Source: Dehalococcoidia bacterium (GTDB lineage Bacteria > Chloroflexota > Dehalococcoidia > UBA2979). Taken from it: DNA of 64,000 nucleotides. Every line of letters starts with the position of its first letter. Within the stretch, counting starts at the first letter, position 1. Positions 1 to 9,685 of this stretch are shown here, piece after piece. The stretch lies in NCBI GenBank assembly GCA_965219085.1, contig OZ244720.1:448001-512000 (forward strand), given 5' to 3'. The notes under the pieces were generated by a model, which was not told the origin of the DNA, searched no databases, and saw only the letters and a list, made by a program, of their open reading frames with translations. Made by a program: the position numbers and the translations under genes.

Positions 1-444
1 CACCGCGGCCCCTCGTACGTGATGGCGCCGTTGTGGGACGTGGCGGGCGATGTCGGGCGGTTCGCCGCCGAGCAGGCGTTCGCGGCCTGCGGGCTCGGCC
101 CGCAAGACGTCGACGTGTGCGAGTTCTACGACCCGTTCTCGTTCGAGATCATCCGGCAGTTCGAGGCGTATGGGTTCTGCGGGCCTGGCGAGGGCGGCCC
201 GTTCGTCATGGACGGCCGCATCCGCATCGGCGGGCAGTACCCGATCTGCACCGACGGCGGCACGATGTCGTTCAGCCACCCCGGCACGGCGCAGCTGCTC
301 CAGAAGGTCATCGCGGGAGCGAAGCAGCTCCGAGGCGCCGAGGGGCCTCGACAGGTCCAGGATGCGCGCGTGGCGATGGTGAGCAACGGCGGCGCCGGCG
401 CGCTCTTCACGGACGTCGTGCTGCTCGGCAACGAGCAGCCGTGA
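1..444 (+). CDS. Thiolase family protein (SCP-x/lipid-transfer type), C-terminal part; truncated by window edge
   Basis: Frame open from base 1; DVDVCEFYDPFSFEIIRQFEAYGFC and TDGGTMSFSHPG motifs, typical C-terminal RQLRG..RQV..A. Confidence 0.85.
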   Translation, partial: HRGPSYVMAPLWDVAGDVGRFAAEQAFAACGLGPQDVDVCEFYDPFSFEIIRQFEAYGFCGPGEGGPFVMDGRIRIGGQYPICTDGGTMSFSHPGTAQLLQKVIAGAKQLRGAEGPRQVQDARVAMVSNGGAGALFTDVVLLGNEQP

Positions 445-507
445 GCGCGCGCTGAGGCACCTCCGCACGCCTCGCGGTAATATGTGCAGGCCGAAGGAGA
501 CTCCACG

Positions 508-1413
508 ATGAGCGACCAGATTCAGCCGTCCGACCGCGACATCCGCCAGGCCGTCACCGAGCGCTACGGCGCGCGCGCCCGCGCGGCGCTCGGCGAGCAC
601 GCCGCCTCGACGGCCGACGCCTGCTGCGCCGCGGACGCCGGCGGCCCGCAGCTCATGCCGCTCGAGACGCTGCAACTCCTGACGCCCGACGGGCAGGTGT
701 GCAGCATCGACGGCGTCTGCGAGCCTGTCGACGGGCTGCTCGTGGACCTGGCCGCAGGCGTCGAGGCGTCGGACGACGGTGGGGTGTGGGGTTCGGCGCT
801 CTACGACTCCGAGCAGCTCGCCGGGGTACCGGACGCCGCGCAGCTCGCTGCTGCCGGCTGCGGCAACCCGATCGCGATCGCCGAGCTGAGCGCGGGCGAA
901 GCACTGCTCGACCTCGGCTCCGGCGGCGGCATCGACTGCTTCCTCGCAGCGAAGCAGGTCGGCGCGGACGGCCAGGTGTGGGGCCTCGACATGACGCCCG
1001 ACATGATCCAGCTCGCGCGCCACAATGCCGAGGCCGTTGGGGCGACCAACGTGCGCTTCCGCCTCGGCGAGATCGAGGACATCCCGTTCGCCGACGGCAT
1101 GTTCGACGTGATCATCTCGAACTGCGTCATCAACCTCTCGACCGACAAGCCGCAGGTGTTCCGCGAGGCGTTCCGCGTGCTCAAGCCCGGCGGCCGCCTG
1201 CGCGTCTCCGACATGGTGCTCACCGCCGCCCTCCCGGCCGGGGAGCGTGCAGACCTCGAAGCGTGGGCCGGCTGCGTCGCCGGCGCGCTGGAGGTGGAGG
1301 ACTACCTCGGCCACATCCGCGCCGCCGGCTTCACCGAAGTGCGCGCCGACTGCGGCGAGGAGCAGCGTGCGGGCATCGCCAGCGCGAACGTCACGGCCGT
1401 CCGCCCGGCGTAA
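508..1413 (+). CDS. arsM: Arsenite S-adenosylmethionine methyltransferase
   Basis: GCGNP, LDLGSGGGIDC SAM motif, SNCVINL, WAGCVAGAL; SD AAGGAG before ATG 508. Confidence 0.85.
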   Translation: MSDQIQPSDRDIRQAVTERYGARARAALGEHAASTADACCAADAGGPQLMPLETLQLLTPDGQVCSIDGVCEPVDGLLVDLAAGVEASDDGGVWGSALYDSEQLAGVPDAAQLAAAGCGNPIAIAELSAGEALLDLGSGGGIDCFLAAKQVGADGQVWGLDMTPDMIQLARHNAEAVGATNVRFRLGEIEDIPFADGMFDVIISNCVINLSTDKPQVFREAFRVLKPGGRLRVSDMVLTAALPAGERADLEAWAGCVAGALEVEDYLGHIRAAGFTEVRADCGEEQRAGIASANVTAVRPA

Positions 1414-1439
1414 CCGGGCCGCATAGCGAGGTCCGTACC

Positions 1440-1649
1440 ATGTGCCGCAGCATCAAGGTCCTGCGCCAGGGCTCCGTGCCCGCGACCGACGAGGAGATCG
1501 AGGCCGCCGCGCTCCAGTTCGTGCGCAAGGTGAGCGGATTCCGCAGCCCGTCGCGTGCGAACGCCGAGGTCTTCGCCGCGGCCGTCGACGAGGTCGCCGC
1601 TTCCACGCGTCAGCTCCTCGCGTCGCTCCGCATCGGCGCCCGGGCGTAG
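1440..1649 (+). CDS. DUF2277 family protein
   Basis: MCRSIKVLR...ATDEEIEAAALQFVRKVSGF..PSRAN family signature. Confidence 0.85.
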   Translation: MCRSIKVLRQGSVPATDEEIEAAALQFVRKVSGFRSPSRANAEVFAAAVDEVAASTRQLLASLRIGARA

Positions 1650-1751
1650 CTACCCCCACCTCCCGCGGATAGCCTGACGCCGCTCGCCCCACGACCGTCA
1701 TCGCGACGGGGTACGCTGGATCGGCCCGTACCCACCGCCACGGGAGTCCCG

Positions 1752-3407
1752 ATGCCACGACCGTACCTGTCCGTACCTCGACCGATCGTGCGCGTAGCCC
1801 TCGTCGTACTGGTGGCGTGGGCCGCCCTGGCGGCTGCCTGCGCCGCCGATGAAGCTGATCCGGGGCCCGCCGCCACCACCGCGCCCGGGGCGGCCGTGCG
1901 GCCGCAGCCCACCGCCGGCGCCGTGACGCCGCCCACCCGAACGCCGATCCCCACGCCGTCGCCGACCCGCACGCCCTTCCCCACGCCGACGCCGCGCGCG
2001 TGGCCCGAGGCTTCGTCCGCCCCCATTGGGGACGCCGAGGCGCGCGAGCTGATGGACACGCTCTCCAACCCCGACGCGACCGAGGACGCGCTGCGGCTGG
2101 CCCTCGCACGCATCGTGAGATCCGACGACGAGCGGTTCGCCGCCGTACTTATCGAGCTGCTGTGGGCGCGCGACACCCGCATCCTGCCGCGCGGCCTCGA
2201 GTACCTCGAGTACCACGACGCGCTGGAGGCGATCACCGAGGGCGGCGTTGGGCCGAACCGCCACTACTGGGTGCAGTGGTACGGGGCCTCGGACCTGGCG
2301 CCACCGCCCGGCTTCACCGGCTGGAAGGGCCGGCTGATGTCGGTCATCGACGAGCAGTTCGGCGAGTTCCTGTCGGACGAGCACGCCGCGGCGATTCGGG
2401 TCGAGGAGATCCTGTGGGGCGGCGTGCGCGTCGACTCCATTCCGCCGCTGGAGCACCCGAACATGCTCGCGCCGGAGAGCGTGGACTACCTCGAACCGGA
2501 TGAAGCGGTGTTCGGCATCGCCATCAACGGCGAGGCGCACGCCTACCCGCTGCGCATCCTCGACTGGCACGAGATGGCCAACATCACCGTCGGCGGCGTG
2601 CCGATCTCGCTGGCGTACTGCACGCTCTGCGGCGCGGCCATCGCCTACGACGACCGCGGACCCGACGGCGAGACGTACAACTTCGGTACCTCCGGCTTCC
2701 TCTACCGCAGCAACAAGCTCATGTACGACCGCAACACGCGTACGTTGTGGAACCAGTTCACCGGCGAGCCCGTGCTCGGCTCGCTCGTCGGCGCGCTCGA
2801 CCTCGAAGGCGAGCCGCTGCGCCTCAACCTGCTCCCGGTGGTGCTCTCGACGTACGAGGACTGGCTCGAGCGCCACCCGAACTCGGTCGTGCTCGACATC
2901 GACACCGGCTATCTGCGGCCGTACGAGCAGGGCGCGGCCTACGGCCACTACTTCTCCGACCCCAGCACGATGTTCCCGGTCTGGCTCACCGACAACGAGC
3001 TGCACATGAAGGAGTACGTCTACGGCCTGCGCCTGGGCGGCGCGCGCAAGGCGTACCCCATCGACGTCCTCGCCGACGAGCGCGTGGTCAACGACACGTT
3101 CAACGACTGGCCGATCGTGCTCGTCACCGCGCAGGAGATCGACACGCTCGGCTATGGCCGCGGGGTGGGGCCCGTGCTCTACCCCTCGGGCGGCGAGGTG
3201 CGCGCCTTCGACCGCGGCGACCGCAGCTTCGCGCCGGGACCGGAGGACGGCACGGTACTCGACGCTTCGGGGGCCGAGTGGGAGGTCACCGAGGACGCCC
3301 TCGTCGGCCCGGATGGGGAGCGGCTCGAGCGCATCAGCGGCCACCTCGCGTTCTGGTTCGGGTGGTACGCGTTCTTCCCGGAGACCGAGATCTACGGCGG
3401 CGGGTAG
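1752..3407 (+). CDS. DUF3179 domain secreted/lipoprotein
   Basis: Signal peptide with AAC, Pro/Thr linker, AYPLRILDWHEMAN, YCTLCG, FGTSGFLYRSNKLMYDR, FWFGWYAFFPET. Confidence 0.85.
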   Translation: MPRPYLSVPRPIVRVALVVLVAWAALAAACAADEADPGPAATTAPGAAVRPQPTAGAVTPPTRTPIPTPSPTRTPFPTPTPRAWPEASSAPIGDAEARELMDTLSNPDATEDALRLALARIVRSDDERFAAVLIELLWARDTRILPRGLEYLEYHDALEAITEGGVGPNRHYWVQWYGASDLAPPPGFTGWKGRLMSVIDEQFGEFLSDEHAAAIRVEEILWGGVRVDSIPPLEHPNMLAPESVDYLEPDEAVFGIAINGEAHAYPLRILDWHEMANITVGGVPISLAYCTLCGAAIAYDDRGPDGETYNFGTSGFLYRSNKLMYDRNTRTLWNQFTGEPVLGSLVGALDLEGEPLRLNLLPVVLSTYEDWLERHPNSVVLDIDTGYLRPYEQGAAYGHYFSDPSTMFPVWLTDNELHMKEYVYGLRLGGARKAYPIDVLADERVVNDTFNDWPIVLVTAQEIDTLGYGRGVGPVLYPSGGEVRAFDRGDRSFAPGPEDGTVLDASGAEWEVTEDALVGPDGERLERISGHLAFWFGWYAFFPETEIYGGG

Positions 3408-3542
3408 CCCTCGACGCGTCGAGTGGTGCGCAGTGGCGTCACCGGCGACGATGCCCGCGCGCTCGCCGAGATCACACACGCTCCGCCGCCGACGGGCGGC
3501 GGCGAGGCAGCCCGGGCACACCACTGGGGGAGGAAGCACCGC

Positions 3543-3917
3543 ATGGAAGTCGTACGAGCCGCCGAGGGTGAGTCGGTCGAGAGCAGCGCCGCGGAGATCT
3601 TCGAGGGCGGGCACGTCTGGGCCCGCCGCATCGCGGGTGGCGACACCGGCCGCGGCGACCAGATGTCGTTCGGCATCGTGCAGTTCGCCGCGGGCGCGCG
3701 CACGAAGCCGCACCGCCACACCTCGGACCAGTTGCTCTACGTCGTCGCCGGCATCGGCAAGGTCGGCGCGGGCGGCGCGGAGCACGTGGTCAGCGCGGGT
3801 GACTTCATCCACATCCCGGCGGGCGAGGACCACTGGCACGGCGCCGGCGACACCGGCTCGCCGATGTCGCACATCACCGTCATGCTCGACGATTCCGTGT
3901 CGACAGTGACGGGATAG
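3543..3917 (+). CDS. Cupin domain protein
   Basis: HRHTSDQLLYV...G.G and IPAGEDHWHGA cupin motifs; SD GGAGG. Confidence 0.85.
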   Translation: MEVVRAAEGESVESSAAEIFEGGHVWARRIAGGDTGRGDQMSFGIVQFAAGARTKPHRHTSDQLLYVVAGIGKVGAGGAEHVVSAGDFIHIPAGEDHWHGAGDTGSPMSHITVMLDDSVSTVTG

Positions 3918-3951
3918 TCCGCCGAACGATCAGTCCTCGACGCGTCCGTCC

Positions 3952-4226
3952 ATGCCGAGCTCCCGGCTCACGGTCCGCGTGACGCCGCGCGCCGCCCGCG
4001 ACGAGGTCGCGGGCTTCGAGGACGGCGTGCTCCGAGTCCGCGTGACGGCCGCACCTGTCGATGGCCGCGCGAATCGCGCGCTGGAGCGGCTGCTGGCGAA
4101 GCGCCTGGGCGTGCCGAACTCGGCCGTCAGCGTCGTCGTTGGCCACACCGGGCGGCGCAAGGTCGTCGAGGTCGAGGGGCTGGGGAGGAGGAGGCGCGCC
4201 GCCGCCTCGAGGATGGTGCGCCTTAG
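3952..4226 (+). CDS. DUF167/YggU family protein (probable 1-nt frameshift near 4185)
   Basis: LTVRVTPRAARDEV..LRVRVTAAPVDGRANRAL..GHTGRRKVVEV; one extra G in the GGGG run gives GEEEARRRLEDGAP* ending 4226. Confidence 0.8.
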
Positions 4227-4474
4227 ACGCCAGCCTGCAGGACTTGCATGAGCACGAAGATCAGGATGATCGCGACCATCGGCGTGATGTCGACCATGCC
4301 GATGCGCGGCACCACGCGCCGCAGCGGCCCAAGCACCGGCTCGGTGACCGAGTCGAGCGCCTTTACGATGGGGCCCTGGGGGTCGATCGGGAACCAGCTG
4401 ATGATGGCGCGCGCGAAGATCGCGAACCACAGGATCTGCAGAAGCAGGAAGACGATGGAGATCAAGAAGGTCAT
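4223..4474 (-). CDS. YggT family membrane protein
   Basis: RAIISWF...TEPVLGPLRRVVPRIGMVDITPMVA motif; context with proC and yggS. Confidence 0.9.
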   Translation of the reverse strand: MTFLISIVFLLLQILWFAIFARAIISWFPIDPQGPIVKALDSVTEPVLGPLRRVVPRIGMVDITPMVAIILIFVLMQVLQAGV

Positions 4475-5277
4475 TCCGGCTCCCTCAGGTCCTGAGCCCG
4501 CCCGTAGGCGGCCTCGATAGCGTCATCGAAGGCTGCGCGCAGGCCCGCTGCTTCCAGCTCACCGAGCGCCGCTGCCGTCGTGCCGCCGGGCGAGGTGACG
4601 GCGTTGCGCAGCGCCGCCGGGTGCTGCCCGGTCTCGATAGCGTAGCGCGCCGACCCCGCTACGGTCGCGAGCACCAGCGCGCTCGCGTCCGGGCGCTTCA
4701 TCCCCAGCCGCACCGCCGAGTCGATCATCGACTCGATCACGAGGTAGACGTACGCGGGCCCGGAGCCGTGCAGCGCCGTCGCGAGGTCGACGGCGTCGTC
4801 GTCGTGGACCTCGACGACCGCGCTCGCGACGCCGCCGAGCAGGCGCTCGACGCGCTCGCGCTGGTCGGCCGTGACCGCGTCGCCGAGGAGGTAGACGGCC
4901 GCGCCTTCGCCCACCGCGGCGGGGAGGTTCGGCATCACGCGCACCGAGGCGGGGTGTCCGCTGTGGCGCTGCACGTCGGCGAGCGCCACGCCCGCGGCGA
5001 TCGAGACGAGGACAGCGTCGGGTGTAATCGCGCCGGTCAGGTTCGCGGCCACCTCGGGCAGGTCGTCGGGCTTCACGGCAAGGAGCACGAGGTCCGCGCC
5101 GATGCACGCGCTCTGCGGGTCGTCGGTGACGCGCACGCCGTGCTCGGTGAGCTCGGTGCGTCGGGCCTCGACGACCTCGGCGACGGCGATCTCGGCCGGC
5201 GATGCGACCTCGGCGCGGAGAATCCCCCGCAGGAAGGCCTCGCCCATGAAGCCGCCGCCGATGATGCCGATGCGCAT
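4471..5277 (-). CDS. proC: Pyrroline-5-carboxylate reductase
   Basis: IGGGFMGEA, LAVKP, VRVMPN, GSGPAY, VTSPGGTT. Confidence 0.95.
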   Translation of the reverse strand: MRIGIIGGGFMGEAFLRGILRAEVASPAEIAVAEVVEARRTELTEHGVRVTDDPQSACIGADLVLLAVKPDDLPEVAANLTGAITPDAVLVSIAAGVALADVQRHSGHPASVRVMPNLPAAVGEGAAVYLLGDAVTADQRERVERLLGGVASAVVEVHDDDAVDLATALHGSGPAYVYLVIESMIDSAVRLGMKRPDASALVLATVAGSARYAIETGQHPAALRNAVTSPGGTTAAALGELEAAGLRAAFDDAIEAAYGRAQDLREPE

Positions 5278-5302
5278 GCCAGGTCCCTTCGTCTGGCGCT
5301 CG

Positions 5303-6007
5303 CTACGCGCGGCGCGGGCCGAAGATGACGCGCCCGAGCCGCACCACCGTCGCGCCCTCCTCGATGGCGACCTCGTAGTCCTCGGTCATGCCCATCGAGA
5401 GTTCAGCGAGGCCGTGCGCCTCTGCCAGCTCGCGCAGCTCGCGGAACACGGGGCGCACCAGCTCCGGATCGTCGACCTGCGGCGCGACCGTCATGAGCCC
5501 GACCACCTCGACGTGCCGCAGGTCGGCCGCTCCGCGCAGCAGCTCGCCCACGTCGCCGGGCTCGACGCCCTGCTTCGCCGCTTCGCCGCCGACGTTGACC
5601 TCGAGGTAGCACGGGAGCGGGACGTCGGGGTTGGGCGAACGGCCCTGCTCGGCGCGCCGCTCGATCTCGGTGGCGAGCCGCAGGGAGTCGAGCGAGTGCA
5701 GCACGGCGATGTGCGGGAGCACCTGCCGGACCTTGTTGCGCTGCAACCCGCCGATGAAGTGCCAGCGCGGCGCGAGGCCCATGCCCGCGGCCTCCTCGGC
5801 CTTCGGGACGAGCTCCTGCGCGCGGTTCTCACCGAGGTCGACCTGGCCGGCGGCGAGCGCCTCCTCGACGGCGTCGACAGGGTGCGTCTTGGTCACGCCG
5901 ACGATGGTGACCCCGGCGGGGTCGCGCCCGGCGCGCTCACACGCCGCCGCGATGCGCTCGCGGACGGCCTCGAGCCGAGTGGCGATGGTTGCGGTGCTGG
6001 TAGTCAT
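5303..6007 (-). CDS. yggS: PLP homeostasis protein YggS
   Basis: VGVTKTHP, GENRAQE, WHFIGGLQRNK, LSMGMTEDYEVAIEEGAT.VRLGR.IFG. Confidence 0.95.
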   Translation of the reverse strand: MTTSTATIATRLEAVRERIAAACERAGRDPAGVTIVGVTKTHPVDAVEEALAAGQVDLGENRAQELVPKAEEAAGMGLAPRWHFIGGLQRNKVRQVLPHIAVLHSLDSLRLATEIERRAEQGRSPNPDVPLPCYLEVNVGGEAAKQGVEPGDVGELLRGAADLRHVEVVGLMTVAPQVDDPELVRPVFRELRELAEAHGLAELSMGMTEDYEVAIEEGATVVRLGRVIFGPRRA

Positions 6008-6338
6008 GCCTCAAGGCTACGCTCCCGGCATGGCCGCCGCCAGACGCGCCGCCGAAACCCAATCGTCACGCGCCTGCCACGGACTCGTCACGTGCGTTCA
6101 CCAGACTGCGCCACAAGACGAGGCGGCGACTCCCGCCGGGGCCGGATGGCCCGCGGGAGCCACCGCCGAGGTCGCCGCACCGTCCCGACGAGTGCTTCGA
6201 GGAGTCGTCAGCGCGAGCCGCTCGGAGGCTTGGTGCGCGGCGGGCAGCCCGCTGCGGCTCGCGTTTGGAGACGGGGAGCCGCCACCGGAGGAGGAGTACA
6301 TCTTCCGCGCGCGGGTTCCCGGATAGGCCGAAGCGTTG

Positions 6339-6818
6339 CTACCGACGGCGCCGCCTTCGGCGAGGCTCGGAGGCGGGTGCGCCCAGCGGGCACGAGCCGT
6401 CGTGTGTGAGCAGGTGCAGATGACCGCGATTCTGGTAGACGCTGCCCCGTGGGTGGTCGACGAGGGCGGGATTTCCGAAGTCCGCGTGTAGTCTGCGGTC
6501 CGAAGAACAGAGCAGCCGTGCTCCAGAGACGCGGGCGAGAGCGATGACATGAGCGTCGTTCGAGACGCATTGGCCCTCGACCTGGGCCGTCTCCGCTGCC
6601 ACCTCCTCGGGCGAAATGAATCGGGCGAGCTTCGCGCGCTCCCAGTTCCGGAGCAGCCGTCGAGCATCGCCGACCTCGAAGAGCTCGTCGAGCAGTCGGC
6701 CGCCTGCGACAAGCACTCCCTGCCCGCTAGCGATCCATTCCCAGAGCGGCTCGAGTTCTTGATCGACTGGATCGCCAAAGAACCGGGGAGCGACGTTCGC
6801 GTCGACGATCGCGCACAC
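6339..6818 (-). CDS. PIN-like domain protein
   Basis: N-terminal AIVDANV, later SNDAHVIALARVSGARLLCSSDRRL (PIN acidic residues); GTG directly follows the ATPase stop. Confidence 0.7.
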   Translation of the reverse strand: MCAIVDANVAPRFFGDPVDQELEPLWEWIASGQGVLVAGGRLLDELFEVGDARRLLRNWERAKLARFISPEEVAAETAQVEGQCVSNDAHVIALARVSGARLLCSSDRRLHADFGNPALVDHPRGSVYQNRGHLHLLTHDGSCPLGAPASEPRRRRRRR

Positions 6819-8108
6819 TTACTGGCCAACGCCGAAGAAACGGCGGTCCTCTTCAAGAAAGAAGCTGCGGTAGCCCTCCGGCACATCAACGACTCGGCCT
6901 GCTGCGTCGACTTCGATCTCGTGGATCTGTACCCCGCCGCGGCCCTGCTCGAAGTACAGGATCATCACGTCACTCGGCCTGATCTTTTCGTCGCGCACGT
7001 CCATGCGCACGCGGTCGACGAGGTAATCGCTGTGCGTCTCGACGACCACGGGATCCCGGCCGCTTGCAGCCAGTTGGGCGAAGAAGGAGCCTATCGCGGC
7101 TTGCGCGCGTGGGTGCAGGTGGACTTCGGGTTGTTGAATGAGCAGCATCTCCATAGGCGAGGCTGAGACACAGTCTGCGATGATCGGGATTGCTTGGCTG
7201 ACCCCGTAGCCGACATCGATAAGGTTGCGCGCCTTCCCGCCGCGAGCAGGCTTAACCTCGATCTGGAACGGGTCGCTCCCCCGACTTCCGAGCCTGCGGA
7301 TGCCGAGGCTGGCGTACAGACCGCTCGCTTTTCCGAAGTCATTGAGTTCTTCGTTGTAGAGCTTGTCTTCACCCGCTAGCCACGCGGCCAGCGTAACCGG
7401 GATGTGGTCACCCTCGGGACGGCGGGGCTCCGCCGTCGGATCATAGGTTCGGCGCGGGCTCGTTCGGATTGGCGCGAACGCATTGGGTCGGTCTAAAGAA
7501 TCTCTCAGCGCGCCAACGAGCAGCACAAGGAAAGATTCGCTATGTTCGCGCGCTATGCCGGGGTCGGCCCCGTCAGCCGAGATGAGCGTGTGGGTTAGGA
7601 CTGGCCAGAGGCTGGCAGCTTGACGAGCCCTCTGATCCCGAATCCCCAGCGCGACCGGCCTTTCCAGTACTGTCTCACCCCCGACGGAGAACGAGACCGC
7701 AGGCTCGCCCCCTTCCAGACCCTTGAGCCCTAGCAGGTACTCCCCTGCAGAGGCGCAGAATTCAGAGATACTCGGCTGAGCGTCTCGGGATATGAAGCGG
7801 GATTCGACTCGCAACTCGTGATGCCGACCTCGATTTAGCGGAAAGTCAGGGCTCTCAAACTCGAACTGTAGCCCCACGGCGAAGCTCTTCGCCGGACGTC
7901 CTCGATTGTTGGCGACCTGGTCGTAGCTGCCGAGGCGGAACGGCTCCTCGTTGAAGTTTGGCTCCATCCGGTCGTGGGCTGCTCGTACCCCAGCGAGGAA
8001 CGAGGTTTTGCCCGTGCTGTTCTCCCCCACGAGCAGCGTCAGCGGCCGGATCGGCACCTCGTGGCGGCCCGCGAAGCAGCGGAAGTCCTCGAGGATCAAC
8101 GTGTTCAT
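6819..8108 (-). CDS. ABC-type/AAA_21 ATPase with DUF3696-like C-terminus
   Basis: LEDFRCF, Walker A GENSTGKTS, DVGYGVSQ signature, LLIQQPEVHLHP, VVETHSDY H-loop. Confidence 0.85.
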   Translation of the reverse strand: MNTLILEDFRCFAGRHEVPIRPLTLLVGENSTGKTSFLAGVRAAHDRMEPNFNEEPFRLGSYDQVANNRGRPAKSFAVGLQFEFESPDFPLNRGRHHELRVESRFISRDAQPSISEFCASAGEYLLGLKGLEGGEPAVSFSVGGETVLERPVALGIRDQRARQAASLWPVLTHTLISADGADPGIAREHSESFLVLLVGALRDSLDRPNAFAPIRTSPRRTYDPTAEPRRPEGDHIPVTLAAWLAGEDKLYNEELNDFGKASGLYASLGIRRLGSRGSDPFQIEVKPARGGKARNLIDVGYGVSQAIPIIADCVSASPMEMLLIQQPEVHLHPRAQAAIGSFFAQLAASGRDPVVVETHSDYLVDRVRMDVRDEKIRPSDVMILYFEQGRGGVQIHEIEVDAAGRVVDVPEGYRSFFLEEDRRFFGVGQ

Positions 8109-8153
8109 GGCGATCAGTCTACCGTAGCGCCTCGCGGTCGCTCCTCGCGCTCG

Positions 8154-8435
8154 CTACCGCATCCCCGCGAACGGGTCGTCGTCCTCGATGCCCTCGCGCC
8201 GCTCACGGTGCTGGCGCTTGTCGTACCAGTAGATGCCGTACAGCATCGCGGCGAAGAGGCCGACGGGGATGAGCGCGAGCGCGGGGTGCGTCGCCAGCGC
8301 GTAGAACAGGAACAGCACGAGCAGCAGTACGCCTGCCAGGGCGGCGACGGCCGGTAACAGGATCTGGAACGCGATGCGCGAGAGCAGCAATACTTCCCGG
8401 CATCCGCCCGGCGCCTGCTCCTGAGGTTCGTACAT
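8154..8435 (-). CDS. Small hypothetical membrane protein
   Basis: Two hydrophobic segments and a charged tail; TATGCT -10 six nt before ATG. Confidence 0.65.
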   Translation of the reverse strand: MYEPQEQAPGGCREVLLLSRIAFQILLPAVAALAGVLLLVLFLFYALATHPALALIPVGLFAAMLYGIYWYDKRQHRERREGIEDDDPFAGMR

Positions 8436-8506
8436 GCTCCCAGCATAGCGGCGCATCGCGTCGTGAGCCGCTACCATCCTCGCGCGCCCGCCGGGAGGCC
8501 CCTCGC

Positions 8507-8941
8507 ATGCCTGACACCCGCGTTCCACCGGAGTTCGACGCGTTCCTCGCCGAGCCGCGCAACGCGATCATGTGCATCGCCCGCGGCACCGGCCGCCCGC
8601 CCCACGCCACCCCCGTGTGGTTCGAGTACCGCGACGGCGTGTTCCGCATCTCGATCACCCGCACGCGGGTCAAGTACCGGCTGCTCCTCGACGCCCCCAA
8701 CGTCACGCTCGTCGTCGACGACCCCGTGACGTACGGCACTGTCATCGTCTCCGGCCACGCCGCGATCGTGGACGACGACGCCTCGCTCGTCGCGCTGCGC
8801 AAGGCGCTGCGAGCCAAGTACGGCGGTGTCCCCGGCGCCGACGCCGAGACCGATGAGGAGCTCGCCCGCGCGCTCCGCGGGGAGGAGCGCGTGGTCATCG
8901 TCGTCGAGCCGGAGCAGGTGCTGTCCTGGGCGGGCGGCTAG
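8507..8941 (+). CDS. Pyridoxamine 5'-phosphate oxidase-like (PPOX class, possibly F420-dependent) protein
   Basis: GRPPHATPVWF, K.R.L...PNVTLVVDD, ERVVIVVEPE.V.SW. Confidence 0.8.
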   Translation: MPDTRVPPEFDAFLAEPRNAIMCIARGTGRPPHATPVWFEYRDGVFRISITRTRVKYRLLLDAPNVTLVVDDPVTYGTVIVSGHAAIVDDDASLVALRKALRAKYGGVPGADAETDEELARALRGEERVVIVVEPEQVLSWAGG

Positions 8942-8954
8942 CGCCGCCAATCCC

Positions 8955-9682
8955 CTACGCGCGTCGCCGCGGGTTCTTGAGCCCGGTCTCCAGCTTGTGC
9001 CGCACCTCGCGGCGGACGCGCGCGGCGAGGACGTCCTCGTGCGCGTCGAGGAAGGCGCGGACGGCGTCGGGGTCGCGCTCGGAGAGGGCGCGCAGCGCCC
9101 ACGACACCGCCTTCACCACCATGTCGTCGCGGTCGTCGGCGAGCCGTTCGCAGAGCGCGAGCGTGCGCGCCGCGTCACCCGTGCTGCCCGCGCGCTTCCT
9201 GTTGAGTGCGGTGGTTGAGACGAGCGCGGCGCGGGGCCACCCAGCGGTCGGGCGACCGCGACCAGCGGTCGATGACCTCGTCGCTCAGCGGGCCCGCCAC
9301 CCACGCCGGGCCCGCGACCAGCGTGCAATTACGCGTCGACCGACCCCCAGTTGTCGATGCCCGCGCCCAGCGCCTCGATCTGGTCCGCGTGCAGCGAGGC
9401 GAGAGCGGCGCGATGGCGCGACAGCAGGAGGTAGGCGAGCGTGCGCTCGTCGTACCCGCCGCTCTCGACGAGCCTCGAGGCCAGCTCGACGGCCGTGTGC
9501 GGCTCCTCCCGCAGCCGACGGGCGAGGTCGCCTGCGATGCCGGGGAGCACGGGCGTCCGCACGCTCCGGATGCGCATCGCCGTCGCGTGGTAGCCCTCGC
9601 CGAAGGCGGCGCGCTTCGGGTCGGCCTCCGCGGTGAGGCGCTCCTCGATCTTGCGCCGCAGCGCGGCGGGCACAGCAGGCAC
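8955..9682 (-). pseudogene. DNA alkylation repair (AlkD-like HEAT-repeat) protein, broken by two frameshifts
   Basis: IDNWGSVDA* in one frame, CTLVAGPAW..DRW in a second, RAALVSTTALN..DDRDDMVVKAVSWALRAL..REVRHKLETGLKNP* in a third. Confidence 0.7.
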
Positions 9683-9685
9683 AGG

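Noticed and set aside
1752-3407. DUF3179 protein (and ArsM) as further selenoproteins
   Set aside because: Both families include Sec forms, but these frames are uninterrupted, with Cys codons at the motif positions
6030-6326. Possible 98-aa plus-strand ORF and TCGTCACG direct repeat between yggS and the PIN gene
   Set aside because: No SD or recognisable domain, weak codon bias, and the repeat is too short to support
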